Positions 6,267 to 15,094 of a stretch of DNA of 64,000 nucleotides are shown here, one piece after another. The stretch covers positions 2,012 to 66,011 of the forward strand of contig CADBBJ010000019.1 in assembly GCA_902792865.1 (NCBI GenBank). The letters run 5' to 3'. A model generated the notes under the pieces. The model was not told the origin of the DNA, did not search any database, and worked only from the letters and a program-made list of their open reading frames with translations. Position 1 is the stretch's first letter, and every line of letters starts with the position of its first letter. The position numbers and the translations under genes were made by a program. The stretch is from Candidatus Ruminimicrobiellum tauri. GTDB taxonomy: Bacteria; Elusimicrobiota; Endomicrobiia; Endomicrobiales; Endomicrobiaceae.

Positions 6267-9200
6267 ATGAATATGTGTAAAAACATATTTAACATGTTAG
6301 TGAAAAAAGAAACACTAAATCAATCATATTTAAAATTAAAAGATTGGCTGTTATCATTTAATTTGGTAAAGATAACAGCGGTAATAGTATTGAATTGTTT
6401 CTTGCTGACGGCAGTATACGGACAAGCGGTGGTAGGAGTATTGGAGAACCAAAGAGCAACGGAACAATTCAAACAAATATTTGAGGATTTTGATGTTCTG
6501 TACAATTACGGAAAAATATCATCAGCCAAATATAAGGGAAGTGATAAGGTAGTTATAAACATACAGGATTTGCATAACAATGCGGAAGTACAAAAGAATA
6601 TAAACAACATAATATCATTGTTTGACGAAAAGTACGGGGTAAATAACATATATTTGGTAGGAGCTTACGGACAGGTAAGTACAAAGTGGTTAACGGCACC
6701 CAAAGATAAAAAAATAAGAGAAAAAGTAATAGAAACATTATTGGAATCCGGGAAATTAACCGGAGCGGAATATTATTCTGCAGTGAAGAATAAAACGGAG
6801 ATAATAAAAGGGTTAGAAAAGAAAGAAGAATATTTTGACAACTTAAAAAGGTTTGAAAGTATAATAGAAAATTCGCCCGTAATAACAATGCATATAGAAG
6901 CAATAAAAGAAACGGTAAAGAAATTGCAGTCAAAATATTATAATAAGCAACAAAAAGAAATAGAAAAATTATCCCAAAAATATGAATTAGAGCAAATATC
7001 GGCAGACGAATATTTTGAAAAGATGGAAAAATATGCAAAAAATTATGCAATGAATATAGACAAATATAAAAATCTGTCCGGGTATATGGATTTAATGGAC
7101 AGAAAGAAAAATCTTGATTATGAAAAGATAAACAAAGAATTGCAGACTTTTGTAGCGACATTAAAAGAAAGAATACCGTACAATGTATATAAAGCATTGA
7201 CAGATGCGACAAAAAACTTTTTGGAGATAGACAAATTGTACGGCTATATAATAAGGTTATCCAAACAATACAATTTGGAGTTATCGGGTAATTTCAAAGA
7301 GTTAGAAAGATTTTTTGAATATATAGAGTTAAGCCAGACAATAAATCCGTTTGAATTAATGAAAGAAAAACAAAATTTTAAAGACGAACTAAACGACAAA
7401 TTTTCGGTAAACAAGGTAGAACAGGAAGTAATATTTTTAAGTAATTTTGTGGGATATTATGAAGATTATTTAACAGGGAAAATAACAGCCCCGAATTACG
7501 AATATTATAAATCCAACATAGAAAAATTTAAATATATATGGATAAAATACATAGATAACAGAGAAATAGTAGCATTAGAGAAGTACGAAAAGATATCGGA
7601 TGAATTCTATAAAATAAACATAGCGAGAAACAAGTATTTTATAGAAAATATGAAAGAAGTAATGGATGCAAAGAAACTGGGAGTGGAAGTAAAAGGAAAA
7701 GATGAAATACAAAAGAGCATGAACTCGTTAAAGAAATCCAAAGAGATATACATAACGGTAACGGGAGGCTTTCATACCCAAGAGATGTCTAAAATGTTAT
7801 CCAAAGCAGGGATAACAAACATAATAATAACCCCTAGTGTAACAACGGATACAAAAGAATCGGACGAGATACATTATAATTTAGCCAAAGAGCAGGCAAA
7901 AATAGCATTTCAGACATTGGCAACATTGCCACCATCACAGCAGGAAGTTCAAGAAAGAGTAAAAGAATTTTTGAGTGCTATACAAACAGCGGGATTACAA
8001 GATATAAAAGCAGAAGATTTGCAAGAAATCATTGATGAAGTTCTTGACCGAATAAATGTTGATCGTCGGAAAAATAATGAGGCTAATGTATCGGTAACCA
8101 TAAATTCCGTTACCGGTGCAGAAGTAACGGTAGGTGATAAAACTTATGAAGTTAAAGCTGATAACAACCAACAGAAAGTTAATAAAGAAAACAACTTATA
8201 CAAATCAAAAAGTGTATTAGGTTTAATGAAAGTGTCAATAGCAATGTCAATACTAACTTTGATGCTTATACCGATATCAGGTGTAACAGGAAGTTTTCCT
8301 ATAGTACCGATAATATTATTTGGTCTGTCATTTGGAAAAGACGGATTTGAATGGAAACAGTATTCTTTATTGAACGAAGGTGCACAAAAGATAAGTTCTG
8401 ATGCAGAAATAAAAAGTAACATAGCAGAATCTCAAAGTGCATTCTCTGACGATAACGATTCAAAAGAACTAAAAAACAGGATAAATAAAAAATTTGCGGA
8501 TTTAGGATTTGAAGAGAGCAATATAAAAAATATAGAGATAGGTGATTTTACCGAAAAAAATGAAATGAAAAAGGATGAATTTGCCAATGTTGATGTTCGT
8601 AAGCAAAGATTAAAAACAGGTTTTTTACATATCAATTACAGATTAATACAAAAAATATTTATGGACGGGACAAACTTTAAAAATGATATTTGGAACGATG
8701 TATATTTTTCAATGTTTATAGCCCATGAATTAAGACATAGAAATCATCCGAGATGGCATGAAGTTGCAGTAAGTTTTTTTGATATATTTTATTTTATAAC
8801 GGTATTTGTAAGAGAGTTAAAAAAAAGGATAAGAGAGTTAATAAAAAGAATGTTTGTTAAAAAAGAAGAAAAAGAAGTAGAAGAAATAATCGCAAAAGAA
8901 TTAAAGGAATGGCAGTCTTCACTAAAGAACTTAAAACAAAAATATAACTCAAAATCAATAAATGATAACGGAGAAATAAAAGACAATGACTTGAAAGTAG
9001 CAACGGAAAGAAAAACAGTCCGTTCCAATGCAATGCAAGCCGGCAGTTTACAAAATACATTAGCAGTTAGTAATGCTCAATCTGCAAACAAGACTAACAA
9101 CAATGAAAAAGAAGTAAAACCTGTAATAATTGAAACTAATCCTTTGACTGAAACAATAATAGATGAATTTGATAATAAAAAGATAGTAAGTTCCAAATAT

Positions 9201-12200
9201 GAACAGAACGAAAATGGGATGAGAAATATTATAATTTATTTTAAAGACGGTGATGTAGAGAAGAGTGTTAAACTTTTAACCAAAGACCAAAATCTAATAA
9301 AACCTGAAGATAATACGAATATATCGGTGGCTGATTGGATAATTAGTAAAACAGCATATTTAGAAACAAAAATTAATTTTAATTCCGACCGAACAGATAT
9401 AATAAATTATAAAAAAGAATTGACTTCACTTAACGGTGCAAAAATATCGGGTATTGAATATGATAAAAATAATAATAGAATTATAATTTATCATAGAAAA
9501 GAAAAGTCTCATATCAAAATGGCTTACTTCTCTCTTTTTAAAGCTCTTACATCCGAACAAAAATCAAATTTGGAAAGTCTTAATAACAGTGATAATATAA
9601 TCGGAAATAATTTGGTTGATTGGATACATAAAAATAAAGATATTTATGGAATAAGGATAGAAGAGAACGGTATACGAAGTTTAACGGAATTGGCAGAACT
9701 TGTCGGAGATGCAAAAATAAAAAATATTGAATGTTATAGAGAAGACAAAACCAAGAAAATTAAGATTGAGATTTCTTATGTTAAAGAACAAGACGGACTG
9801 CCACAAGTTGTTATTTTTTACGGTCCCACGGATAAAGAAGGCAAGGAATTTGAAAAATTGAAAAAATATAATGTAGATTTACCTAAAAAGCCTGATATAG
9901 GCAGACCGATAGTTTCTTGGATACTCGGTAACCGAAAATCTTTAAAAATAGATATAGAAAAGATAGATGAAATTCGGATAACAGGTAAAAATAAACTTGA
10001 TAGTTTTATTAATCTTAGCGGAAAGTCAAATATAGAAGGTATAGAATATTATCAGGATAATAATGAGAAAAAGATTATAGCTTATTACAAAGAAAAAAAT
10101 ACTGCAACCGGAAATAAACGGATAAAAGGTGTTGTTTTTTCTGTTTCCAAAGATCTTACGGCAGAACAAAAAGCAAAATTGTATACGGAAACAAAAAATA
10201 TAAATTCGTTAAGTGATTTGATAACAAATATCATGATAAATTATGGAATAAAATTAAAAAAACAATTGAAAATAAACCGACATGGACAAATTTTTACATT
10301 TAAAAACAATAAGGTAAACAAAACAAATTATGATATTTCTTATCAAAATATTAAGTTGTTATCAATAAAAGATAACAAAATTACTATTGAAAATCCCGAT
10401 AAAATAAAAAATGTTTATTTAAATTTAGAAACCGAAGATATGGCATATTATTATGATGATAGAATACAGGATTTTTATAACAAGAATTCAAAATCTTTAA
10501 AAAATTTTATAACAGAGAACGATATTGATACAACCGATTTTTTCATTAGAGTTGCATTAAATAAGGCGATTTTAGATTTTGTAAATGAGGATATAGAAAA
10601 TGTGATTGTATTATCTGACAAAAATAAAGGAAAACTAAAGGAATATTTCTTTTCTAATTTGATTTCTATACTTGATAAAGGAAATACAAATAATTTTATA
10701 AAGAATTTTAGTAAGATTGATTATAAACAACAAAAGTTAAGAAATCCGTTTTATACCTACAATAATTATTTTTTTAAATTCAGCAATAATATAAAAGAAT
10801 TCAGGCTTTTAAAAAATGAATATGATTTTTATAATAAAATAAAAGGAGATAAAGAATTAAATAAAAAAACAGGAAAAAATATTAATGAATATTATGGTTG
10901 TTTTGATAAAGAAATTAATAATAAAAAATATAAATTTGTTGTTAGTAAAAATTTAACAAAAGATAACAGATTTGAGAGTTTAGATAAATCTGTTAAGAAT
11001 AATAATTTTACAAAGAAACAATGTACTGAAATTATAAAACAAGTATTAAAAATACACTCTGATTTAGAAGAAAAGGGATTGTACAATTATGATTTAAACC
11101 CGCAAAGCATAATGATAGATAAAGATCTTAACATAAAACTTATAGATTGTGATGGTATTGTACCCAAAGACTGTACCGGTTTTGTATCTTCATATATATT
11201 ACCTTATGATTATTTCTTGGCGGATGAAAATCTTCGTTCCTATTGGTATGATTATGTAAAATTTACTTTTGTGGTAAATGTTTTTTTTGATATAAAAAAT
11301 CTTGATAAACAGATGGCAACAGACTTCAAAAGACTGCAATACATAATTGACTATATGGAAAAAAATAAAAATAAATTTGCAAGACGAAAAAACAGAAGAA
11401 CATTGGCTCGGTATGGTCGGTATCTTAGAATATTTAGTGAAATTTCCGATAAATATGCTAACTTTTTTGAACAATTTAAGCTTGATAAAACCCGTTTAGA
11501 TAAAATAAAAGATATAGTAAAAACAAGTGTAACTCTTTTTCTGCATCCGGATGAGAGTTATAACAAAATTTCTATATTGGAACTACAAGAAATAGACAGT
11601 AATCTTTTAATGGAAAAAGAAAAAGATTCTGTTTATGTAATCAAAAATATTGTTATTGATAAATCAAATAAATTAGTGAGAGTATATAACGATAAATTTA
11701 TTAAAAAAAGAGAAAAAGGAGATTGGGTTAAACCGGATAGTTGGTATTATAATTTAGATTCAAAAAAGATTGTATTCTATCCGATTTTATATAAATTTAC
11801 GGAATATGTACAGAAGTATGGAACCATTCTTCAAAAAATAGTAGACGAATCTATTCCGATTGATGATACTGATATATTTCAAAAATTAGTATTGGGAACA
11901 TTAATAAAAAATTTTATTGATGAAAATACGGATAGCAATATTAAAGATGACAACAAACAAAATGAATTTTTATACAAAAAATTGAAGACCGCCGGTAATA
12001 TTAAAAAATATTTCGGTAAAGATGCATTTAAAAAAGTTTTTATGCAAATAATAGAAGCAGATTCGGAATTATTAAAATCCTTTTTTAATTTCAACGAAGA
12101 ATGTAAGTTAATAAAAGACAAAAAGGATGATAAAAAATTTTATCTGAATTTTAGTTCAGGATTAAAACTTGAGTTAAGTAACAAAGATTTGAATAAAATA

Positions 12201-14315
12201 ACAGATAAATTTCCTAAAGTTAAAGTAGATGAAATTCCCAAAGAAAAAGAAAATATACCGCCATCTCCGCCGAAATCAGTAAAAACAGAGAAACAAATTA
12301 AAACAGATTCTCATAAAGTTGAAGATAAATACATGAAAGTATATCAAAAGATAAAATTCGTTAGTCCTATTGAAAATATTAAGTTTAGTCAGATAAGCGA
12401 AAATTATCAAAAACTGTTTGCAATACAAATACCTGTTGTAAGAGATAAATACGGTAAAATTCTTACGGATGATAAAAACAACAAGATAAAACTTAAATTA
12501 AATGTTGTTTATACAAAGGAAAACGGTATTAGCTATTATTTTACAGGGCAAAGTGAAGGAACGGTAAAACAATTAATAAGGAACGGTAAACTATCGGAAG
12601 ATTTAAAAGAACTGAAACCGTTAGTTGATCTTTTGTTTATAGACAGATATTCTGCGGATAAGAATTTAAGAGAAGAAATAGAAAACAAAAATCTTTTATG
12701 GAAAGAACAGATAAAAGCACTGTCTGATTATGCAAAAAAAGATGAAGATATGAATTATTATGAGTTTAAATGTAAGTTGATAGGACAGGGTTACACATTT
12801 ACCGAAATAGAACAAATATTGTCAGATATTCCCGGCAGAACAAATACTTATGTCGGATTAAAGGATGTAGAATTAAAACTCACAAATCAGTTATTGGATG
12901 AGAGTAAGATAATAAGAGAGATACAAAGACTTAAAAGAGCAGGAATACACAAAGTGGTATTGCTGAAAGATAAAGATGTTTCAAATAAAGAGTTGTATAT
13001 AATAATAGAAATAATAAGAAAATCAGGTTTACAGCCGATAATAGGATTGACAAGAGAAATGTTGTCCGTTAGTGCGGATGAAAAGTCAAAAGTCTATGAC
13101 TTTATAGAAGAAAGTATAAAAATTAAAGCATTATCAGGATTTAGATTTATGTTTGATATTGACGAAAAAGTGGGTAAACTTTTAAATTATAAAAAAGATA
13201 TTTATGAAATGATTAGCATATTGGATTTAATAATGAATATCGGGAAAGAAATATCTTATAAGCCAAGTAATTTTAATAATGAAAAAATAGATATTGCAGA
13301 TGAATTATTTAAAGGAAAAGTTATATATGTAGTAGCCGGAAAACAGTTTACAAGAAATAACGAAGAAGATTTGGTTATCAATAGAACTGAAGAAAATTCT
13401 CTTAAGAAATTAGCGGGAGAAGGAAGACTTAGTTTATATTTTGATATTGATAAAGATAATTTAAAGGTAGCGAAAGCACTGATAGAGAGAATATTTGGAA
13501 AAGGAACGGATGCAATCAAAACGATGATATCGTTGGGAACAACATTTACGGCAAATATGTTTGCAGGATTATTTAAAAAAGATTCTGCATCAAAGGGTTT
13601 TAGTAATGCTTATGAAATCGGATATGAACCGATATTTGGGGATATTTCCCCGGATATAGTTGCAGTAGTATTCAAGGATGTATTAACCGATAATATGAAC
13701 TTTAATGAGTTTTTAGAGTATGAACAAAGAGAGAAAGAACAAAAATCTAAAAAAACTATAGCTTTTACAAAAGAATTTGATAAACTTGTTATTGAAGATA
13801 TAAAAGAAGTAAGCAAATATAATATTTCAGAGAAAGAACAAACAGCAATGTTAAAGCAATATGTAATAGGATTTTTAATGTCATATATTGAAACTCATTT
13901 TGATGAGTTGTATGAAGTAAAACGATCGGATAAAATGATAGATATAAAACAAATGGATATAAATGTAAGGAATCAAATAATGTATAGGATATTACTTTTA
14001 TTACTGAAAGAGATGATTTTTAACAATATAAAACAATATGTAAGTATTAAAGATAGTCAAAAAGAAGGTTCAATGAAACAATCGGTTAATAATATCAAAA
14101 ATAACGAGTTATCCGTAAATATTTCAAAAATGTTAATGAAAACAAATATAAATATTAATAGTGTGCTTAAAAACAATATAGATACGATAGCTATATGTAA
14201 TGATATAAATGTGTTACTTGAATACAGTTTATTACCGGTAACTACAAACGAATTATCAAAAACAGGAAATTTAATAAAAGATATTAAAAATATAGTAAGA
14301 AAAGCATCTTATTAA
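6267..14315 (+). CDS. 2,682-aa giant multidomain membrane-anchored protein (possible ChaN/Tiki-like domain, TM pair, HExxH, ~105-aa repeats, degenerate kinase-like domain, modules B/C/D)
   Basis: Uninterrupted 8,049-nt ORF preceded by aagggga. It has an N-terminal hydrophobic anchor (ITAVIVLNCFLLTAVYG) and an HELRH motif at 8724-8738. The kinase-like motif is YDLNPQSIMID...KLIDCDG at 11088-11156. The C-terminal half is collinear with ORFs 3-1247 plus 1268-4771. Confidence 0.9.
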   Translation: MNMCKNIFNMLVKKETLNQSYLKLKDWLLSFNLVKITAVIVLNCFLLTAVYGQAVVGVLENQRATEQFKQIFEDFDVLYNYGKISSAKYKGSDKVVINIQDLHNNAEVQKNINNIISLFDEKYGVNNIYLVGAYGQVSTKWLTAPKDKKIREKVIETLLESGKLTGAEYYSAVKNKTEIIKGLEKKEEYFDNLKRFESIIENSPVITMHIEAIKETVKKLQSKYYNKQQKEIEKLSQKYELEQISADEYFEKMEKYAKNYAMNIDKYKNLSGYMDLMDRKKNLDYEKINKELQTFVATLKERIPYNVYKALTDATKNFLEIDKLYGYIIRLSKQYNLELSGNFKELERFFEYIELSQTINPFELMKEKQNFKDELNDKFSVNKVEQEVIFLSNFVGYYEDYLTGKITAPNYEYYKSNIEKFKYIWIKYIDNREIVALEKYEKISDEFYKINIARNKYFIENMKEVMDAKKLGVEVKGKDEIQKSMNSLKKSKEIYITVTGGFHTQEMSKMLSKAGITNIIITPSVTTDTKESDEIHYNLAKEQAKIAFQTLATLPPSQQEVQERVKEFLSAIQTAGLQDIKAEDLQEIIDEVLDRINVDRRKNNEANVSVTINSVTGAEVTVGDKTYEVKADNNQQKVNKENNLYKSKSVLGLMKVSIAMSILTLMLIPISGVTGSFPIVPIILFGLSFGKDGFEWKQYSLLNEGAQKISSDAEIKSNIAESQSAFSDDNDSKELKNRINKKFADLGFEESNIKNIEIGDFTEKNEMKKDEFANVDVRKQRLKTGFLHINYRLIQKIFMDGTNFKNDIWNDVYFSMFIAHELRHRNHPRWHEVAVSFFDIFYFITVFVRELKKRIRELIKRMFVKKEEKEVEEIIAKELKEWQSSLKNLKQKYNSKSINDNGEIKDNDLKVATERKTVRSNAMQAGSLQNTLAVSNAQSANKTNNNEKEVKPVIIETNPLTETIIDEFDNKKIVSSKYEQNENGMRNIIIYFKDGDVEKSVKLLTKDQNLIKPEDNTNISVADWIISKTAYLETKINFNSDRTDIINYKKELTSLNGAKISGIEYDKNNNRIIIYHRKEKSHIKMAYFSLFKALTSEQKSNLESLNNSDNIIGNNLVDWIHKNKDIYGIRIEENGIRSLTELAELVGDAKIKNIECYREDKTKKIKIEISYVKEQDGLPQVVIFYGPTDKEGKEFEKLKKYNVDLPKKPDIGRPIVSWILGNRKSLKIDIEKIDEIRITGKNKLDSFINLSGKSNIEGIEYYQDNNEKKIIAYYKEKNTATGNKRIKGVVFSVSKDLTAEQKAKLYTETKNINSLSDLITNIMINYGIKLKKQLKINRHGQIFTFKNNKVNKTNYDISYQNIKLLSIKDNKITIENPDKIKNVYLNLETEDMAYYYDDRIQDFYNKNSKSLKNFITENDIDTTDFFIRVALNKAILDFVNEDIENVIVLSDKNKGKLKEYFFSNLISILDKGNTNNFIKNFSKIDYKQQKLRNPFYTYNNYFFKFSNNIKEFRLLKNEYDFYNKIKGDKELNKKTGKNINEYYGCFDKEINNKKYKFVVSKNLTKDNRFESLDKSVKNNNFTKKQCTEIIKQVLKIHSDLEEKGLYNYDLNPQSIMIDKDLNIKLIDCDGIVPKDCTGFVSSYILPYDYFLADENLRSYWYDYVKFTFVVNVFFDIKNLDKQMATDFKRLQYIIDYMEKNKNKFARRKNRRTLARYGRYLRIFSEISDKYANFFEQFKLDKTRLDKIKDIVKTSVTLFLHPDESYNKISILELQEIDSNLLMEKEKDSVYVIKNIVIDKSNKLVRVYNDKFIKKREKGDWVKPDSWYYNLDSKKIVFYPILYKFTEYVQKYGTILQKIVDESIPIDDTDIFQKLVLGTLIKNFIDENTDSNIKDDNKQNEFLYKKLKTAGNIKKYFGKDAFKKVFMQIIEADSELLKSFFNFNEECKLIKDKKDDKKFYLNFSSGLKLELSNKDLNKITDKFPKVKVDEIPKEKENIPPSPPKSVKTEKQIKTDSHKVEDKYMKVYQKIKFVSPIENIKFSQISENYQKLFAIQIPVVRDKYGKILTDDKNNKIKLKLNVVYTKENGISYYFTGQSEGTVKQLIRNGKLSEDLKELKPLVDLLFIDRYSADKNLREEIENKNLLWKEQIKALSDYAKKDEDMNYYEFKCKLIGQGYTFTEIEQILSDIPGRTNTYVGLKDVELKLTNQLLDESKIIREIQRLKRAGIHKVVLLKDKDVSNKELYIIIEIIRKSGLQPIIGLTREMLSVSADEKSKVYDFIEESIKIKALSGFRFMFDIDEKVGKLLNYKKDIYEMISILDLIMNIGKEISYKPSNFNNEKIDIADELFKGKVIYVVAGKQFTRNNEEDLVINRTEENSLKKLAGEGRLSLYFDIDKDNLKVAKALIERIFGKGTDAIKTMISLGTTFTANMFAGLFKKDSASKGFSNAYEIGYEPIFGDISPDIVAVVFKDVLTDNMNFNEFLEYEQREKEQKSKKTIAFTKEFDKLVIEDIKEVSKYNISEKEQTAMLKQYVIGFLMSYIETHFDELYEVKRSDKMIDIKQMDINVRNQIMYRILLLLLKEMIFNNIKQYVSIKDSQKEGSMKQSVNNIKNNELSVNISKMLMKTNININSVLKNNIDTIAICNDINVLLEYSLLPVTTNELSKTGNLIKDIKNIVRKASY

Positions 14316-14830
14316 CAGATTAAAGTCTATCATATTCGCCATTCGCCATCTGCCGTTTGCCGTTGCCGTTGCCGTCTTTCCGTGGCAACTTGTTGCCGTG
14401 GCAATCCATCCGCTTTTTGTCATTGCGAAAAAACACGAAGTGTTTTTGTGGCAATCCAGCCGTTTTTGCCGTTGCCTTTTGCCTTTGCCGTTCGTCATTC
14501 CGTGAAAATACGGAGTATTTTCGTGGCAATCCATAAAAAAAATCCGTTTTCCACTTTTTTGTCATTGCGAGACCGAAGGTCGTGGCAATCCAGCCGTTTT
14601 TGTCGTTTAGTTGTTGTTTTTGTCGTTGCCTTTTGCCGTTGTCGTTTTTTATTTTCCATAGACTGCCACACCCTAACGGGTTCGCAGTGACGGCACATAG
14701 GATTGTTTTTCATCCGTTTTGTCTTTTGCCGTTGCCGTTCATTACCCTAATGTTCTTCCTAAAAGTCCAATATGTATTGAACCTCTACATCTTCTTGACA
14801 AAAAAAGTATAATGTTATACAATCATAAGG
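14316..14830 (+). repeat. mosaic intergenic repeat island B (4 hairpin units, 1 P element, GCCGTT spacers)
   Basis: Hairpin units lie at 14374-14408, 14419-14458, 14494-14533 and 14561-14592, and the P element at 14656-14691. Three hairpin units are identical in sequence to units of island A. Confidence 0.9.
14656..14691 (+). repeat. P element copy 3
   Basis: Identical 36-mer. Confidence 0.95.
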
Positions 14831-14839
14831 GTAGTTTTT

Positions 14840-14918
14840 GGGAATGTGGTGTAGCCTGGTTCAACACACTGCCCTGTCAAGGCAGAGACCGCGGGTTCAA
14901 ATCCCGTCGTTCCCGCCA
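14840..14918 (+). tRNA. tRNA-Asp (anticodon GTC), CCA encoded
   Basis: Cloverleaf by hand. The acceptor gggaatg pairs with cgttccc. The anticodon stem is ctgcc/ggcag with loop ctGTCaa. The T arm is gcggg-ttcaaat-cccgt, followed by discriminator g and cca. Confidence 0.9.
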
Positions 14919-15094
14919 CTAAAATTTTCGTTAAAATATTTTAAATCTTTTATTATTAAAAAATGAATAAATTATAAAAAATTCATTTTTTTTATTTTGT
15001 TTAAATATATATATCTTTACAACATACACTTAATAATTATAAAATGACGGGTATATCTTTAATCTATATTAATATGTTAGACTTGTAAAATAAA

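Noticed and set aside
6553-7212. 219-aa antisense ORF within the giant gene, and the other short minus-strand ORFs between 6320 and 13816
   Set aside because: They have hydrophobic or low-complexity products typical of antisense reading of K/E/N-rich genes, and all lie inside an uninterrupted 8-kb sense ORF.
1-14840. Prophage, integrative element or IS as an explanation for the giant-gene block next to tRNA-Asp
   Set aside because: There is no integrase, transposase, recombinase or phage structural gene in the window, and no duplicated tRNA 3' segment. An island boundary could still lie upstream of the window, so this is left as a question rather than a call.
14271-14922. ORFs inside island B and across tRNA-Asp (14271..14534 -, 14320..14565 -, 14382..14690 +, 14495..14713 -, 14582..14812 +, 14719..14922 +)
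   Set aside because: The reasoning is the same as for island A. In addition, the last one overlaps a well-formed tRNA gene.
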